Shown: positions 1 through 9,509 of the stretch, one piece after another
How positions within the stretch are numbered: position 1 is the first letter of the stretch
Layout of the letters: each line of letters opens with the position of its first letter
Assembly (NCBI GenBank): GCA_020723305.1
Contig: DYJC01000023.1
Span: 2,451 to 66,450, forward strand
Source: Desulfosudis oleivorans
Lineage (GTDB): Bacteria > Desulfobacterota > Desulfobacteria > Desulfobacterales > SURF-7
Direction of reading: 5' to 3'
DNA length: 64,000 nucleotides
Notes under the pieces: generated by a model
What the model saw: only the letters and a program-made list of their open reading frames with translations
What the model was told of the DNA's origin: nothing
Database searches by the model: none
Program-made: the position numbers and the translations under genes

Positions 1-2043
1 CATCATCTGTTTCAGGAATTCCTGCTGACAAAACTGCATGCGGATATGGATTCGGATGCTATCAAGGCGATCCATCATAAGGCCGCCGAACTTTGGCAGC
101 AAAAGGCCGAACCGGATCAAGCCCTGGCGCATTACCTGAAATCAGAAGATTTCAAGACAGCCACCGCGATGTTAACCCGCATCGGACGCGATTATATCAA
201 AGAGGGCCGCATCCAGCTGCTCATCTCCTTTATCCATCAGATGCCCAAAAAAATTATAGAACACCAGCCCTGGATTCTTTTTTCAAAAGCGGTTTGTCTG
301 GAATTTCAGGGCAAGCGGGAAGAATCCGTTCCAATATATCATAAGGCGCTTCATGTTTTCCGGAAAAAGCTGGATTATAAGGGCGAAGGAAAGGCTCTTT
401 TCGCCCTGGCCACCTGTTATTACACCACCGGGGATTTTTCACAGGCGGAAACCATATTGACAGAACTTCTCGCAAAAACGGAAAAAGATCCTCAGCTCAG
501 CGTGAATACACTGGGAAGCCTCGCTTTCATCGCTTCCCACCAGGGACGGATGCAGGCAGCCGATGGCTATATAGCAAGGGCGGAATCCATTTTTCCCCGC
601 CTTTCGACCCGGGCTGGCTTTGTATGGCTGTATTTTAATCAGGGATTTCGCTATTGCTTTGCAGGCGATTTCACAAAAGGTCTGGGTTATGGAAATGAAA
701 TTGAAAGAATCTGCAGGATATACGGCCTGGAAAATATCCGAGCCTATAACTTTCATCTGATTTCCTGGTCTTACTACCATCTTGGCCTTTTTTCAGAAGG
801 ACTTCAGCATGCGCAATCCGGTCTGGCACTGGTTCAGGCCCGAGGGTATTTTGATCTGTCACGGGCCTGGCTCTTGACCGACGCTGCCTTGAATCTTCTG
901 GGGCTTGAAAAGCAGGTTGAGGCTCAGAAGAAAATCGAAGAGGCCATCACGATTTTCAAGGATCAGGGCAGCCGGTGGGGGGAATCATGGGCTCTTCATG
1001 TGCTGTTTGATATTTATCAGTCCAAAGGAGACATGATTGCGGCCGAGCAGTGTGCCCGCAGCGGAATCGAACGGATTCGAGGAATGAAATTGCCGCTCCA
1101 GGAAGGCAAGCTCAAAAAACGGCTGATGATCTGTCTGCAGAAAAAGGGGCTTTCCGATGAAGTCAGCGCCTTGAGCGGTGATATCCGGAAATTGCTGGAA
1201 AACACCCAATTGTATGTGGACGGCCCCCCTCGCTCCCAGACCGATTCCGTTGTTCCGGAAAGCAGGCCCTCCATACCTAAACCCGGACTGCGCATCTACC
1301 TCCTCGGAGAATTCAAGCTGCTGCGGGGCAATGAGGAAATTCCTATCGAAAAATGGAAGAGCAAAAAAGCCTTGATGCTTTTCAAATACCTGGCCTCGCG
1401 GCGGCATCATGGATACATCCCCAAAGATCTGCTGATGGAGCTGCTCTGGCCTGACCAATCCCCGGATATGACCAACAGCCGGCTGAACGATGCGCTTTCC
1501 GCCCTTCGAAAAGTCCTGGAGCCCGGCCTGATTCGTGGAAAACCATCTTCCTATCTGCTGCGCGAAGGCCATTCCTACAAGCTCGATCTGGGAGAGGACG
1601 GAATGGTGGATGCAGCTCTTTTTGAACAGACCCTTCAGGCAGCCGAGAATGAAATATCGGCTGATCAAGCCCTGAGCATCTATCAGGAAGCCGAAGCCCT
1701 GTACCGGGGCGATTTCCTGGAAGAGGACCCTTACACAGAATGGTGCCTCGCAGAAAGAGACCGGCTGAAAGACATTTATCTCCGTTTGCTGACAAAAATC
1801 ATGGAAGCCTTTGAGCAAAAATCGGATTATCCCAAGGCAGCAGCCTATGGGGAAAAATTTCTTCAGATTGATCCGTATGCGGAAGAGATCTATCAGCATC
1901 TGATGCGACAATACGCCCGGATGGGCAACCGTTCCATGATCAAGCGAACTTTTGAAAAATGCAAAAAGATGCTGACCCAGGATTTGGACGTTCCCCTTTC
2001 TCCGAAAACCAACGCACTCTATCGTGAATTCTTTTTGTTCTAA
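1..2043 (+). CDS. MalT-like TPR protein with C-terminal SARP/BTAD transcriptional activator domain (5'-partial)
   Basis: Frame is open from base 1 (HHLFQEFL, a MalT-family motif). TPR-like helices follow, then LRIYLLGEF...LLMELLWPD (wHTH) and LYRGDFLEED...W...ER...DPYAE (BTAD). Confidence 0.85.
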   Translation, partial: HHLFQEFLLTKLHADMDSDAIKAIHHKAAELWQQKAEPDQALAHYLKSEDFKTATAMLTRIGRDYIKEGRIQLLISFIHQMPKKIIEHQPWILFSKAVCLEFQGKREESVPIYHKALHVFRKKLDYKGEGKALFALATCYYTTGDFSQAETILTELLAKTEKDPQLSVNTLGSLAFIASHQGRMQAADGYIARAESIFPRLSTRAGFVWLYFNQGFRYCFAGDFTKGLGYGNEIERICRIYGLENIRAYNFHLISWSYYHLGLFSEGLQHAQSGLALVQARGYFDLSRAWLLTDAALNLLGLEKQVEAQKKIEEAITIFKDQGSRWGESWALHVLFDIYQSKGDMIAAEQCARSGIERIRGMKLPLQEGKLKKRLMICLQKKGLSDEVSALSGDIRKLLENTQLYVDGPPRSQTDSVVPESRPSIPKPGLRIYLLGEFKLLRGNEEIPIEKWKSKKALMLFKYLASRRHHGYIPKDLLMELLWPDQSPDMTNSRLNDALSALRKVLEPGLIRGKPSSYLLREGHSYKLDLGEDGMVDAALFEQTLQAAENEISADQALSIYQEAEALYRGDFLEEDPYTEWCLAERDRLKDIYLRLLTKIMEAFEQKSDYPKAAAYGEKFLQIDPYAEEIYQHLMRQYARMGNRSMIKRTFEKCKKMLTQDLDVPLSPKTNALYREFFLF

Positions 2044-2049
2044 AAGAAA

Positions 2050-2092
2050 TCGATTCCAGATCGATAGCAATTCGATTCCGGTCTGATAACGA
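2050..2092 (+). promoter_or_regulatory. SARP-type operator: three TCGAT(TC/AG) heptamers at 11-bp spacing plus a putative -10
   Basis: TCGATTC 2050, TCGATAG 2061, TCGATTC 2072, then 8 bp to TAACGA(T). Lies between the BTAD gene and the next operon. Confidence 0.6.
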
Positions 2093-2124
2093 TTGTTCAA
2101 AACAATCTCATGGAGGATTTTGAA

Positions 2125-3201
2125 ATGAACCAACAATTGACGATTGCGCCCAAACGGGTGGGATGGTTCTGCTCCTATGTGCCGGAAGAGATCATTCTGG
2201 CCGCCGGATGCCGGCCTGTCCGTCTGGAGGGCCGGGTTGAAAGATTCCAGGAAATCGACTCATATCTGAATGCCAATCTCTGCTTTACCATCCGCAATAT
2301 TTTTGAGTCCGGTCTTACAAATCAGTATGATGATCTCAATGCCGTCATTTTTGCAAACTCCTGTGACGGAATGCGCAGGCTGTATGAGCTCTGGTCTCAT
2401 TATATCCAAACTCCGACCGCTTATTTTCTGGAAATCCCCAAGAACCGGGATGAAAACAGTGCCGCCTTTTTTTCCAGCAGCCTCCTGAACCTGAAACGTC
2501 AAATGGAGGAGGATTTTGCGATTTCCATCACCGCGGAACGTCTTGTCCAGGCCGGCATTCAGATGAATGAGCGCCGCGGAAAAATGCTGGAACTTTTCGG
2601 ACGCCAGAAGTTAAGTCCGCCGCCATGCAAGGGCAGCGAACTTTACAATCTCGCCATCCAGGAGAGCAGGCTTCCCAAAAGGGACATAGATCGTAAGATT
2701 CAGTTCGCATTGGAAAAGACTTATCCAGTGCAATCTGCCGGCAAGGCTGCGCCGCGATTGCTGGTATCGGGGAACGAAGGCGCCTCTTTCACCCTTTTTC
2801 AATTGATCGAAAAAAGCGGCGCCGACGTGGTTCTGTTCGATACCTGTCGCGGGATGAATCACTACACCGGAATGGTATCCATGGAAAAGGACCCGATCCA
2901 AAGCATCGCCCGCCGCTACCTGTTTAAGCCGACCTGTGCCAGAATGCCCGGAAACGCTGAAAGAATGGAGCGACTGACCGCCCTGATCGATGAATATGCC
3001 ATCGATGGCGTGGTCTACAGCGGGGTTCAATTCTGCGATTATTCCCTTTTTGAATCCGCATTGATCGAACCATTTTTGAAAGAACGCTCCTTGCCGGTGC
3101 TTTTTGTGGAAAACGATTATATCTGGTCCAACAAGGAACAGATTCGAACAAGGATCGAGGCTTTCGTGGAGATGATCCAGAACAAAAGGAGGACAGCATG
3201 A
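2125..3201 (+). CDS. 2-hydroxyacyl-CoA dehydratase subunit (HgdB/FldC-like)
   Basis: VGWFCSYVPEEII, NLC, NSCDGMRR, FCD and QIRTRIEAFVEM motifs. GGAGG RBS precedes ATG 2125. Confidence 0.85.
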   Translation: MNQQLTIAPKRVGWFCSYVPEEIILAAGCRPVRLEGRVERFQEIDSYLNANLCFTIRNIFESGLTNQYDDLNAVIFANSCDGMRRLYELWSHYIQTPTAYFLEIPKNRDENSAAFFSSSLLNLKRQMEEDFAISITAERLVQAGIQMNERRGKMLELFGRQKLSPPPCKGSELYNLAIQESRLPKRDIDRKIQFALEKTYPVQSAGKAAPRLLVSGNEGASFTLFQLIEKSGADVVLFDTCRGMNHYTGMVSMEKDPIQSIARRYLFKPTCARMPGNAERMERLTALIDEYAIDGVVYSGVQFCDYSLFESALIEPFLKERSLPVLFVENDYIWSNKEQIRTRIEAFVEMIQNKRRTA

Positions 3202-4403
3202 TGCAAGAACGCTATCAGATGATGCTTGACATGATCCAGGCAAGACTTTTGGAAAAACAGCGGGGTATGGATTTCTTTATTGATGCCATGTTCCGCAATG
3301 TCCTGCGTGCTTTTGATCCGGAGATCCCTACCGTCTATGTATCCGGTTATGCCTTTCCCATGGAGCTGCTGTGGGCTTTTGATGTGACGCCGTTTGATTT
3401 TGAAATCGCCTGCAACAATCTTCCGGAAGTGATGTCCGGAAACGGGTCCGGTTTTATGCTGGAATCCGAAAAACGCGGGTATTCAAGAAATATCTGCTCT
3501 TTTGACCGGCTGATCATTGGTTGCCTGAACAAGGGTATCCTGCCCAAAGGGGATCTGTTTCTGACATCCAGCTATTACTGCCATGGCAAGGCCAAAACCA
3601 ACGAAATCGTGGCTGCCCATTATGGGATGGAGAGTGTTCTTCTGGATGTGCCCAATGAAATCAACCCGGACGCAATTACCTATGTCGCCGCCCAATTGCG
3701 GAACATCGCCGCCAAGCTCGAGGCTGTTACCGGAACCAAATTGGATCCTGCGCGGCTGAAGGAATCCATCGGCCGATCCAATCAGGCCCGAGCTTCCCTC
3801 CTGACCATCTATGATTGGATGAAAAGGCGGCCTTGCCCCTGGAACGGCGTGGAAGCCTGTTTATTGGGACTGGGCGGCGCTCTCTTTTGGGGATCAACGA
3901 TCCGCATGGAGATCCATCGGCTGCTCCTTGCCCAGATATCGGAACGGGTGAAAAAAGGCAAAATCATCCCCGAGGACTACCGTATCCTATGGTTTCCATG
4001 GGTGCCGGTGCAAAACACCAACATTTTCAATATTCTTACAAAAAATCGAGCCAATGTGGTCATGGCGGAAGCATCTTTTGTCTTTTGGCCGGAGCTGGAT
4101 GAGAATCGTCCTTTTGAATCTCTTGCCATGAAAGCGCTGATGGATCCCCATGTGGGCAAAGTCGAACGGCGCATACAAAACCTGGTGAAAAGCATAGACG
4201 ACTACCGGATCGACGGCGTCATTCATTTCGGCACTACCTCCTGCTATCATGAAAACGCGGCATTCCCCATGATCCGTGATGCAATCAAAAAAAAGGGAGT
4301 CCCGCTCCTCAATCTGAGCGGCGATATGTCGGATGAACGAAATTATTCTGCGTCTGAAACCGATATCCGGATTTCAGCCTTTTTGGAGTTTCTGGCCGGT
4401 TAA
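3198..4403 (+). CDS. 2-hydroxyacyl-CoA dehydratase subunit (HgdA/FldB-like)
   Basis: GYSRNICS, YYCHGKAK, DGVIHF..SC and GDMSDER..RISAFLE motifs. ATGA overlap with the upstream gene. Confidence 0.8.
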   Translation: MMQERYQMMLDMIQARLLEKQRGMDFFIDAMFRNVLRAFDPEIPTVYVSGYAFPMELLWAFDVTPFDFEIACNNLPEVMSGNGSGFMLESEKRGYSRNICSFDRLIIGCLNKGILPKGDLFLTSSYYCHGKAKTNEIVAAHYGMESVLLDVPNEINPDAITYVAAQLRNIAAKLEAVTGTKLDPARLKESIGRSNQARASLLTIYDWMKRRPCPWNGVEACLLGLGGALFWGSTIRMEIHRLLLAQISERVKKGKIIPEDYRILWFPWVPVQNTNIFNILTKNRANVVMAEASFVFWPELDENRPFESLAMKALMDPHVGKVERRIQNLVKSIDDYRIDGVIHFGTTSCYHENAAFPMIRDAIKKKGVPLLNLSGDMSDERNYSASETDIRISAFLEFLAG

Positions 4404-4620
4404 ATCGATTTTTCTCTATGAAATGCCCTGCCATGCGTTTGGGAATTTGAAACAAACAATAGTGTTGACTCAGAAACCGCTTTCAGATATGTTCATCTAA
4501 AAAAGCAAGAGTTTATCAATTTTTAAAACTCTCATCTACATATAAACATGATATCCCTATCTTGAGATCGTTAGCCTGGATCATCCGGATAGACATAACC
4601 TTCTGTGGCTTCGTAGCATC

Positions 4621-6282
4621 ATGACTCTCAAATCCAAAATGATCTTCATTCTGATCAGTGTGTTTCTCCTATATGCGTCAATAGAGTATTTCATACAGCG
4701 TCTCATTATTTTTCCCAATTTCCTTGAGCTTGAAAAATATTCAGCGCAGCAGAACTTACAGAGATCTATTGCTGCCATCAACAGGGAAATCTTTCATCTC
4801 GATTCAAAATGCCAGGACTGGACGGCTTGGGATGACACGTATGAATTTGTAAAGTCGCACTCAAAGGACTACATTACCAGCAATCTGAATAAAGGAACTT
4901 TTACCATAAACAGCTTTAATGCTATTTTCATTTGTGATACCAACGGCCATACTGTCTGGGGAAAAATTTTCGATCTTACAACCAATGAAGAAATCGGGCA
5001 TCAGGAGCTCTTCCAAGGATCATCGGGAGAACAATATCCACTTATTCATCCAAGCACCGTAAAAAAAACTCTCTCAAAAACAAATATTTCAGGAATACTC
5101 ATGACCGGAAAAGGCCCCATGCTGATATCTTCACGCCCTATACTGACAAGCGAGAACAAGGGCCCTTCCAGGGGGCATGCTATCTTCGGACAATTCCTTT
5201 CCGTGAGCCTTAAGAAAAATCTTGTTGAACAAACTCAAGTGAATTTTACCATCTCAACAGATAAAACTCTTATCCAGTCATTTATACGCAACGCCACAAA
5301 TCCTCTTGATGCAAAATATAATTATCTCATAGACCGTGAGGATGAGCATAAACTCCATATCTATACTCTCTATAATGATATCCGGAAAAACCCGGCTTTT
5401 CTGATCAAGACAACCATACCCCGAGACATTGTGAAAAATGGTTTGTCAACTACACGGTTCGCCCTCCTCTCTGTTTTTTTTATTGGGACAGGAGTAATGC
5501 TCATCATCATTCTGGTTATGAAAAAAACCATTATTTCCCCTATCACCAGATTAACAGATCATGTGCTTTCTCTTTCTGAAACAAGAAATTATTCCATGCG
5601 GCTCAAGATCAAAAGAAGAGATGAAATCGGCACTCTTGCCAGAGGGTTCGACCGAATGGTAGAAAAAATCGAGCAACAGACAGAGGAGCTGGCCAGCATC
5701 AATGATGACCTGAAAAAAGATATTGCAATGAGAATGGCGGTGGAGCGCGCACTGCAAGAGGCTAACCGAAACCTAGATATCCTTGCAAAAATAGATGGTC
5801 TCACAAAAATGGCCAACAGGCGACAATTTGACGAAAATCTCACTCTTGAATGGAAACGTATGAGGCGTGAAAAGTTACCGCTTTCTCTTATCATTTGCGA
5901 TGTTGACTGCTTCAAGCTTTACAACGATACATACGGACATATAGCAGGTGATGATTGCCTGAGGGCAATCGCCCAGGTTATTAAGAACAGCATGAAACGT
6001 CCTTCTGATTTTACGGCACGATACGGAGGAGAGGAGTTCGCCATCATACTTTCCAATACGGATTCCGAAGGAGCGGCGAAGATTGCAGAGATTATCCGTG
6101 CTAATATCCAGGCGCTCGGTATCCCGCATCGAACCTCTTTGGCAGCTGATTCTGTTACCTTGAGCCTTGGTATCGCAAGTCTTATTCCAGATGAAACCTC
6201 AACCGTCGAGGATCTGTTAACTCTTGCAGACAAAGCATTATACGAGGCCAAAAGCCAAGGAAGGAACTGCTTCAAAACATGA
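4621..6282 (+). CDS. Membrane diguanylate cyclase (CHASE4-HAMP-GGDEF)
   Basis: DWTAWDDTYEF (CHASE4), two TM helices, HAMP (DEIGTLA), RPSD I-site and RYGGEEF active site. Confidence 0.9.
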   Translation: MTLKSKMIFILISVFLLYASIEYFIQRLIIFPNFLELEKYSAQQNLQRSIAAINREIFHLDSKCQDWTAWDDTYEFVKSHSKDYITSNLNKGTFTINSFNAIFICDTNGHTVWGKIFDLTTNEEIGHQELFQGSSGEQYPLIHPSTVKKTLSKTNISGILMTGKGPMLISSRPILTSENKGPSRGHAIFGQFLSVSLKKNLVEQTQVNFTISTDKTLIQSFIRNATNPLDAKYNYLIDREDEHKLHIYTLYNDIRKNPAFLIKTTIPRDIVKNGLSTTRFALLSVFFIGTGVMLIIILVMKKTIISPITRLTDHVLSLSETRNYSMRLKIKRRDEIGTLARGFDRMVEKIEQQTEELASINDDLKKDIAMRMAVERALQEANRNLDILAKIDGLTKMANRRQFDENLTLEWKRMRREKLPLSLIICDVDCFKLYNDTYGHIAGDDCLRAIAQVIKNSMKRPSDFTARYGGEEFAIILSNTDSEGAAKIAEIIRANIQALGIPHRTSLAADSVTLSLGIASLIPDETSTVEDLLTLADKALYEAKSQGRNCFKT

Positions 6283-6310
6283 TTCCACGAGAACAACGGT
6301 GCCGGTCCGT

Positions 6311-7882
6311 CTATGATCTTCGTAAAAGCCGAGCCTTGACGCGGCTGGCAAAGACGGCGATTTCGGAAATGTTAAAAAATTTTCCCACGGCCATCAAGCA
6401 TATCAGGAACAAAAGGCCGACCACAAGACTGATAATCAGGTTTGCGGCAAACTGATTTGCACTGACCAGCGTGTGGAGAAACCACCTGACGGTTTCAAAA
6501 AGGCCGCCTAGAACCAATGCCCATAACAGCATGCGACCATAGAAACCATATACTATCCGGCTTTCCTTATTCCCGCTTTTCCGGTTCCAGACAATATAGA
6601 GTACGGTCACTTGCAGAATGGCGGACAATGAAATAGCAAAAGCCACACCTGCCACATCCATAAAATGGAGGCCAAGCCAATAGATCGGGAGACTGAAGAG
6701 CACGGCGAGCGTTCCAAAAGCCGCCGGCAGGATTGTATTCTGCATAGCATAAAAGCCCCTAACCACGACGGTTTGAACAGCAAAAGCAAAAGCGCCGGTC
6801 ATCAGGAAGAGCAGGGCCTGGGCCGTAAGGTCGGCTGCGGCAGCATCAAACCGGCCGCGCTGAAAAAGAAGGATTACTACTTCATGACGAAGAACCATGA
6901 GAAGCGCTGAAAAGGGCAGAAGCAGTCCCAGATACCGGATCGTTGTGTTCAGCAGTCGATTCATTTCATCAAACTGCCTGGATGCAGCCAGTTGGGACAG
7001 AAACGGAAAGGAAGCGACTCCAGCTGCCTGACCGAAAAGCCCCACCATCATCAACATGACCCGCAGGCCATAGTTCATGCCGGCGATACTTCCGGAGGGC
7101 AGAAAACTGCCGAAGAATTTGAGAAAAATCTCCGTGGAAAAGGTCATGGTCAGACCGATCATCAAGGGCAGCGTCAGCTTGATATATCGAATCAGGTCCG
7201 GATGGGTTGGATGAAACCGGAAAGCAAACCGCAGACCGACTTTTCGGGCACCATACACCTGAACAGCAAAATTGCCCCAAAAGGCGCCTGCCAGAACCCC
7301 CCAGGAAAATCCTTCCATTCCCAGGCGATGTCCAAGAAGAGCGCCGCCGGCGATAATTCCCCCATTATACAAGAGGGGTGCGAGTGCCGGAATAAAAAAC
7401 TTCTCCCTGGCAAACTGAACCGCCATAAGCAGGCCGCCACAGAAAAAGAAAAACTGGGCTGGGATAATAATACGGGTCATGCGGACAGCGGCAGACAGGC
7501 GGACAGGGTCATCTAGTCCAGGCGCCAGCAGTTTGACCAGCCAGGGGGCCAAGACCATGGCAACGATGATCAGCAGAAGCAGCAGGCTGCCGAAGGTCGT
7601 CAAAATTATGGAAAACACCTTCCATCCTTCCTCTTCCCGGTTTTCCGCAAGGTAATGGGTAAAAATGGGAATAAAGGTGATGGACAGAAATCCGCTCGCA
7701 AGAACATGATTCAGGATTTCAGGGATGATAAAAGCAACCTGATACGCATCCACTCCTCCGCCGATGCCGCCGATATATGCAATGGCCATTTCCCGTACCA
7801 GACCGATTACCCGGCTGAGAAATACGGAAGCCATCATAATGAGCGTGGCAATACCAACTTTGCGATACATGGATTGAGACAT
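6311..7882 (-). CDS. murJ: Lipid II flippase MurJ/MviN
   Basis: SRVIGLVRE, DAYQVAFIIPE, FIPIF and LFQRGRFD motifs; multi-TM, 523 aa. Confidence 0.92.
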   Translation of the reverse strand: MSQSMYRKVGIATLIMMASVFLSRVIGLVREMAIAYIGGIGGGVDAYQVAFIIPEILNHVLASGFLSITFIPIFTHYLAENREEEGWKVFSIILTTFGSLLLLLIIVAMVLAPWLVKLLAPGLDDPVRLSAAVRMTRIIIPAQFFFFCGGLLMAVQFAREKFFIPALAPLLYNGGIIAGGALLGHRLGMEGFSWGVLAGAFWGNFAVQVYGARKVGLRFAFRFHPTHPDLIRYIKLTLPLMIGLTMTFSTEIFLKFFGSFLPSGSIAGMNYGLRVMLMMVGLFGQAAGVASFPFLSQLAASRQFDEMNRLLNTTIRYLGLLLPFSALLMVLRHEVVILLFQRGRFDAAAADLTAQALLFLMTGAFAFAVQTVVVRGFYAMQNTILPAAFGTLAVLFSLPIYWLGLHFMDVAGVAFAISLSAILQVTVLYIVWNRKSGNKESRIVYGFYGRMLLWALVLGGLFETVRWFLHTLVSANQFAANLIISLVVGLLFLICLMAVGKFFNISEIAVFASRVKARLLRRS

Positions 7883-8017
7883 GGAATCCGGCTCCGTCTT
7901 CGTGAATGTTATGGCATTGCACCCGAACCAAACACCGGCACAATGAGCAAACGGAGACTATCCTAAATGATTTTACGGAAAGGGCAAGTCCATTTTTTTT
8001 ACGCTTTTTCCGTCGGC

Positions 8018-8046
8018 TTGACACTTGATAATTTCTTTAATATAAA
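8018..8046 (+). promoter_or_regulatory. Sigma70 promoter for the radical SAM pair
   Basis: TTGACA (8018)-N17-TATAAA (8041). Confidence 0.7.
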
Positions 8047-8094
8047 AAGATACTTGAAAAAGAGATCCTATCGTTTCATATTCTCATTCGGGAA

Positions 8095-8121
8095 GGCCGG
8101 GTTCTCAAAGCCCGGTTTTTT
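8095..8121 (+). terminator. Intrinsic terminator-like hairpin inside the 5' leader (possible attenuator)
   Basis: GGCCGGGTT-ctcaa-AGCCCGG followed by T6, between the promoter and ATG 8175. Confidence 0.55.
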
Positions 8122-8174
8122 GTGCTTTTTGAGTCATAGACACAAGAACGTGAAAGCAGAAAAAAGGGGGCGGT

Positions 8175-9509
8175 ATGAAAATTCAGATCATCCAATCATC
8201 CCAGACAAACGGTATGGGCAAGGTGTTGAAGGCAAAAAAACTCTGGATAACCGGAACCACTCTTCCGTATCTCGCGGCTCTCACGCCAAATGATATCCAT
8301 GTTGATATAAAAAATGAACTGGTGGAAGATGTTGATTTTAATTGCGACCATGATCTGATCGCGATAACAACCATGGGCTGTTCAGTCTCACGCGCATTTG
8401 ATATTGCCGACGAGTTCCGGGAAAGAGGAAAAAAAGTGGTAATGGGGGGAATTCCTGTTACCCTGTCTCCTGAAATCGCACTTGAACATGCTGATGCAGT
8501 CGTTGTCGGTGAAGCGGAGCATGTATGGGAAAACCTGTTGAGGGATTTTGAAAAGGGAAATCTTCAACAGACATATCAATCTGATACCCTGTGCGATTTA
8601 AAAAAAATACCATCACCCCGCTATGAAATGCTCGATAAAAATTTATATGCCCCCATCCGTCCGGTTGAGGCAACCAGGGGATGCCCTCATAAATGCTATT
8701 ACTGCTCCCCGGCCCATGTATACAAGGGAGTTCACAGAGTAAGGGCGATCGACGATGTGATCCGGGATGTCGAAACCATTAAGAAATCAGGAATCAGACG
8801 TATCCTGTTTGTGGATGACAGCATCGACGGCAATCGGAAGTATTTCAAAGAACTTCTCCGTGAGTTAATCCCTCAGAAGATAAAATGGTTCAGCCAGGCA
8901 ACCGTCAATGCGGCCAGAGATAAAGAACTCGTTGACCTCATGGCGCAGAGCGGCTGCGAAATGCTGTCCATTGGTTTTGAAAGCGTTAACCAGAACAGTT
9001 TGCAATCAGTCAGGAAGAATCACAATACCGTAAAAAACTACAAAGACATCATAAATACGCTCCGGAAAAAAGGAATCAGTGTAAACGCATTGATTATGCT
9101 TGGTTTTGATCACGACGACGAATCTGTTTTTGAGGAAACATTTCATATGTTCGAGGAGATGGGTGTATCCCTGCCGGAACTTTTTATACTGGTTCCACCG
9201 TTGGGGACGGATTTATTCAGGGAATTTGAAGAAGGCGGTAGGCTCCTGCACAGAGACTGGTCGCGCTATAAGGTAACCGAAGTTGTTTTTCAGCCGAAGC
9301 AAATGTCGCCGGAAACATTGCAAAATGGCTTCTGGGAAACATACGACCGCTTTTACTCCTTTCCTTCCATATTCAAACGCATGTTTTTAAAGAACACGTC
9401 CTCTCTATTCAGCAGAAGGGTTTTCCGGCAGACGTTGCTGGTACTGTATTTTAACCTGAAATATAGAAAAACAATCACGCAGGACAGGGTACATCCGGGG
9501 GTGATATAA
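8175..9509 (+). CDS. B12-binding radical SAM protein
   Basis: Cobalamin-binding domain (VMGGIP, VVVGEAE), TRGCPHKCYYC CxxxCxxC and IGFES motifs. Confidence 0.9.
   Translation: MKIQIIQSSQTNGMGKVLKAKKLWITGTTLPYLAALTPNDIHVDIKNELVEDVDFNCDHDLIAITTMGCSVSRAFDIADEFRERGKKVVMGGIPVTLSPEIALEHADAVVVGEAEHVWENLLRDFEKGNLQQTYQSDTLCDLKKIPSPRYEMLDKNLYAPIRPVEATRGCPHKCYYCSPAHVYKGVHRVRAIDDVIRDVETIKKSGIRRILFVDDSIDGNRKYFKELLRELIPQKIKWFSQATVNAARDKELVDLMAQSGCEMLSIGFESVNQNSLQSVRKNHNTVKNYKDIINTLRKKGISVNALIMLGFDHDDESVFEETFHMFEEMGVSLPELFILVPPLGTDLFREFEEGGRLLHRDWSRYKVTEVVFQPKQMSPETLQNGFWETYDRFYSFPSIFKRMFLKNTSSLFSRRVFRQTLLVLYFNLKYRKTITQDRVHPGVI

Noticed and set aside
985-2136. 383-aa minus-strand ORF, and similar long antisense ORFs at 43080-44072, 54511-55458 and 61762-62718
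   Set aside because: They are antisense shadows of well-supported genes and have no motifs of their own.
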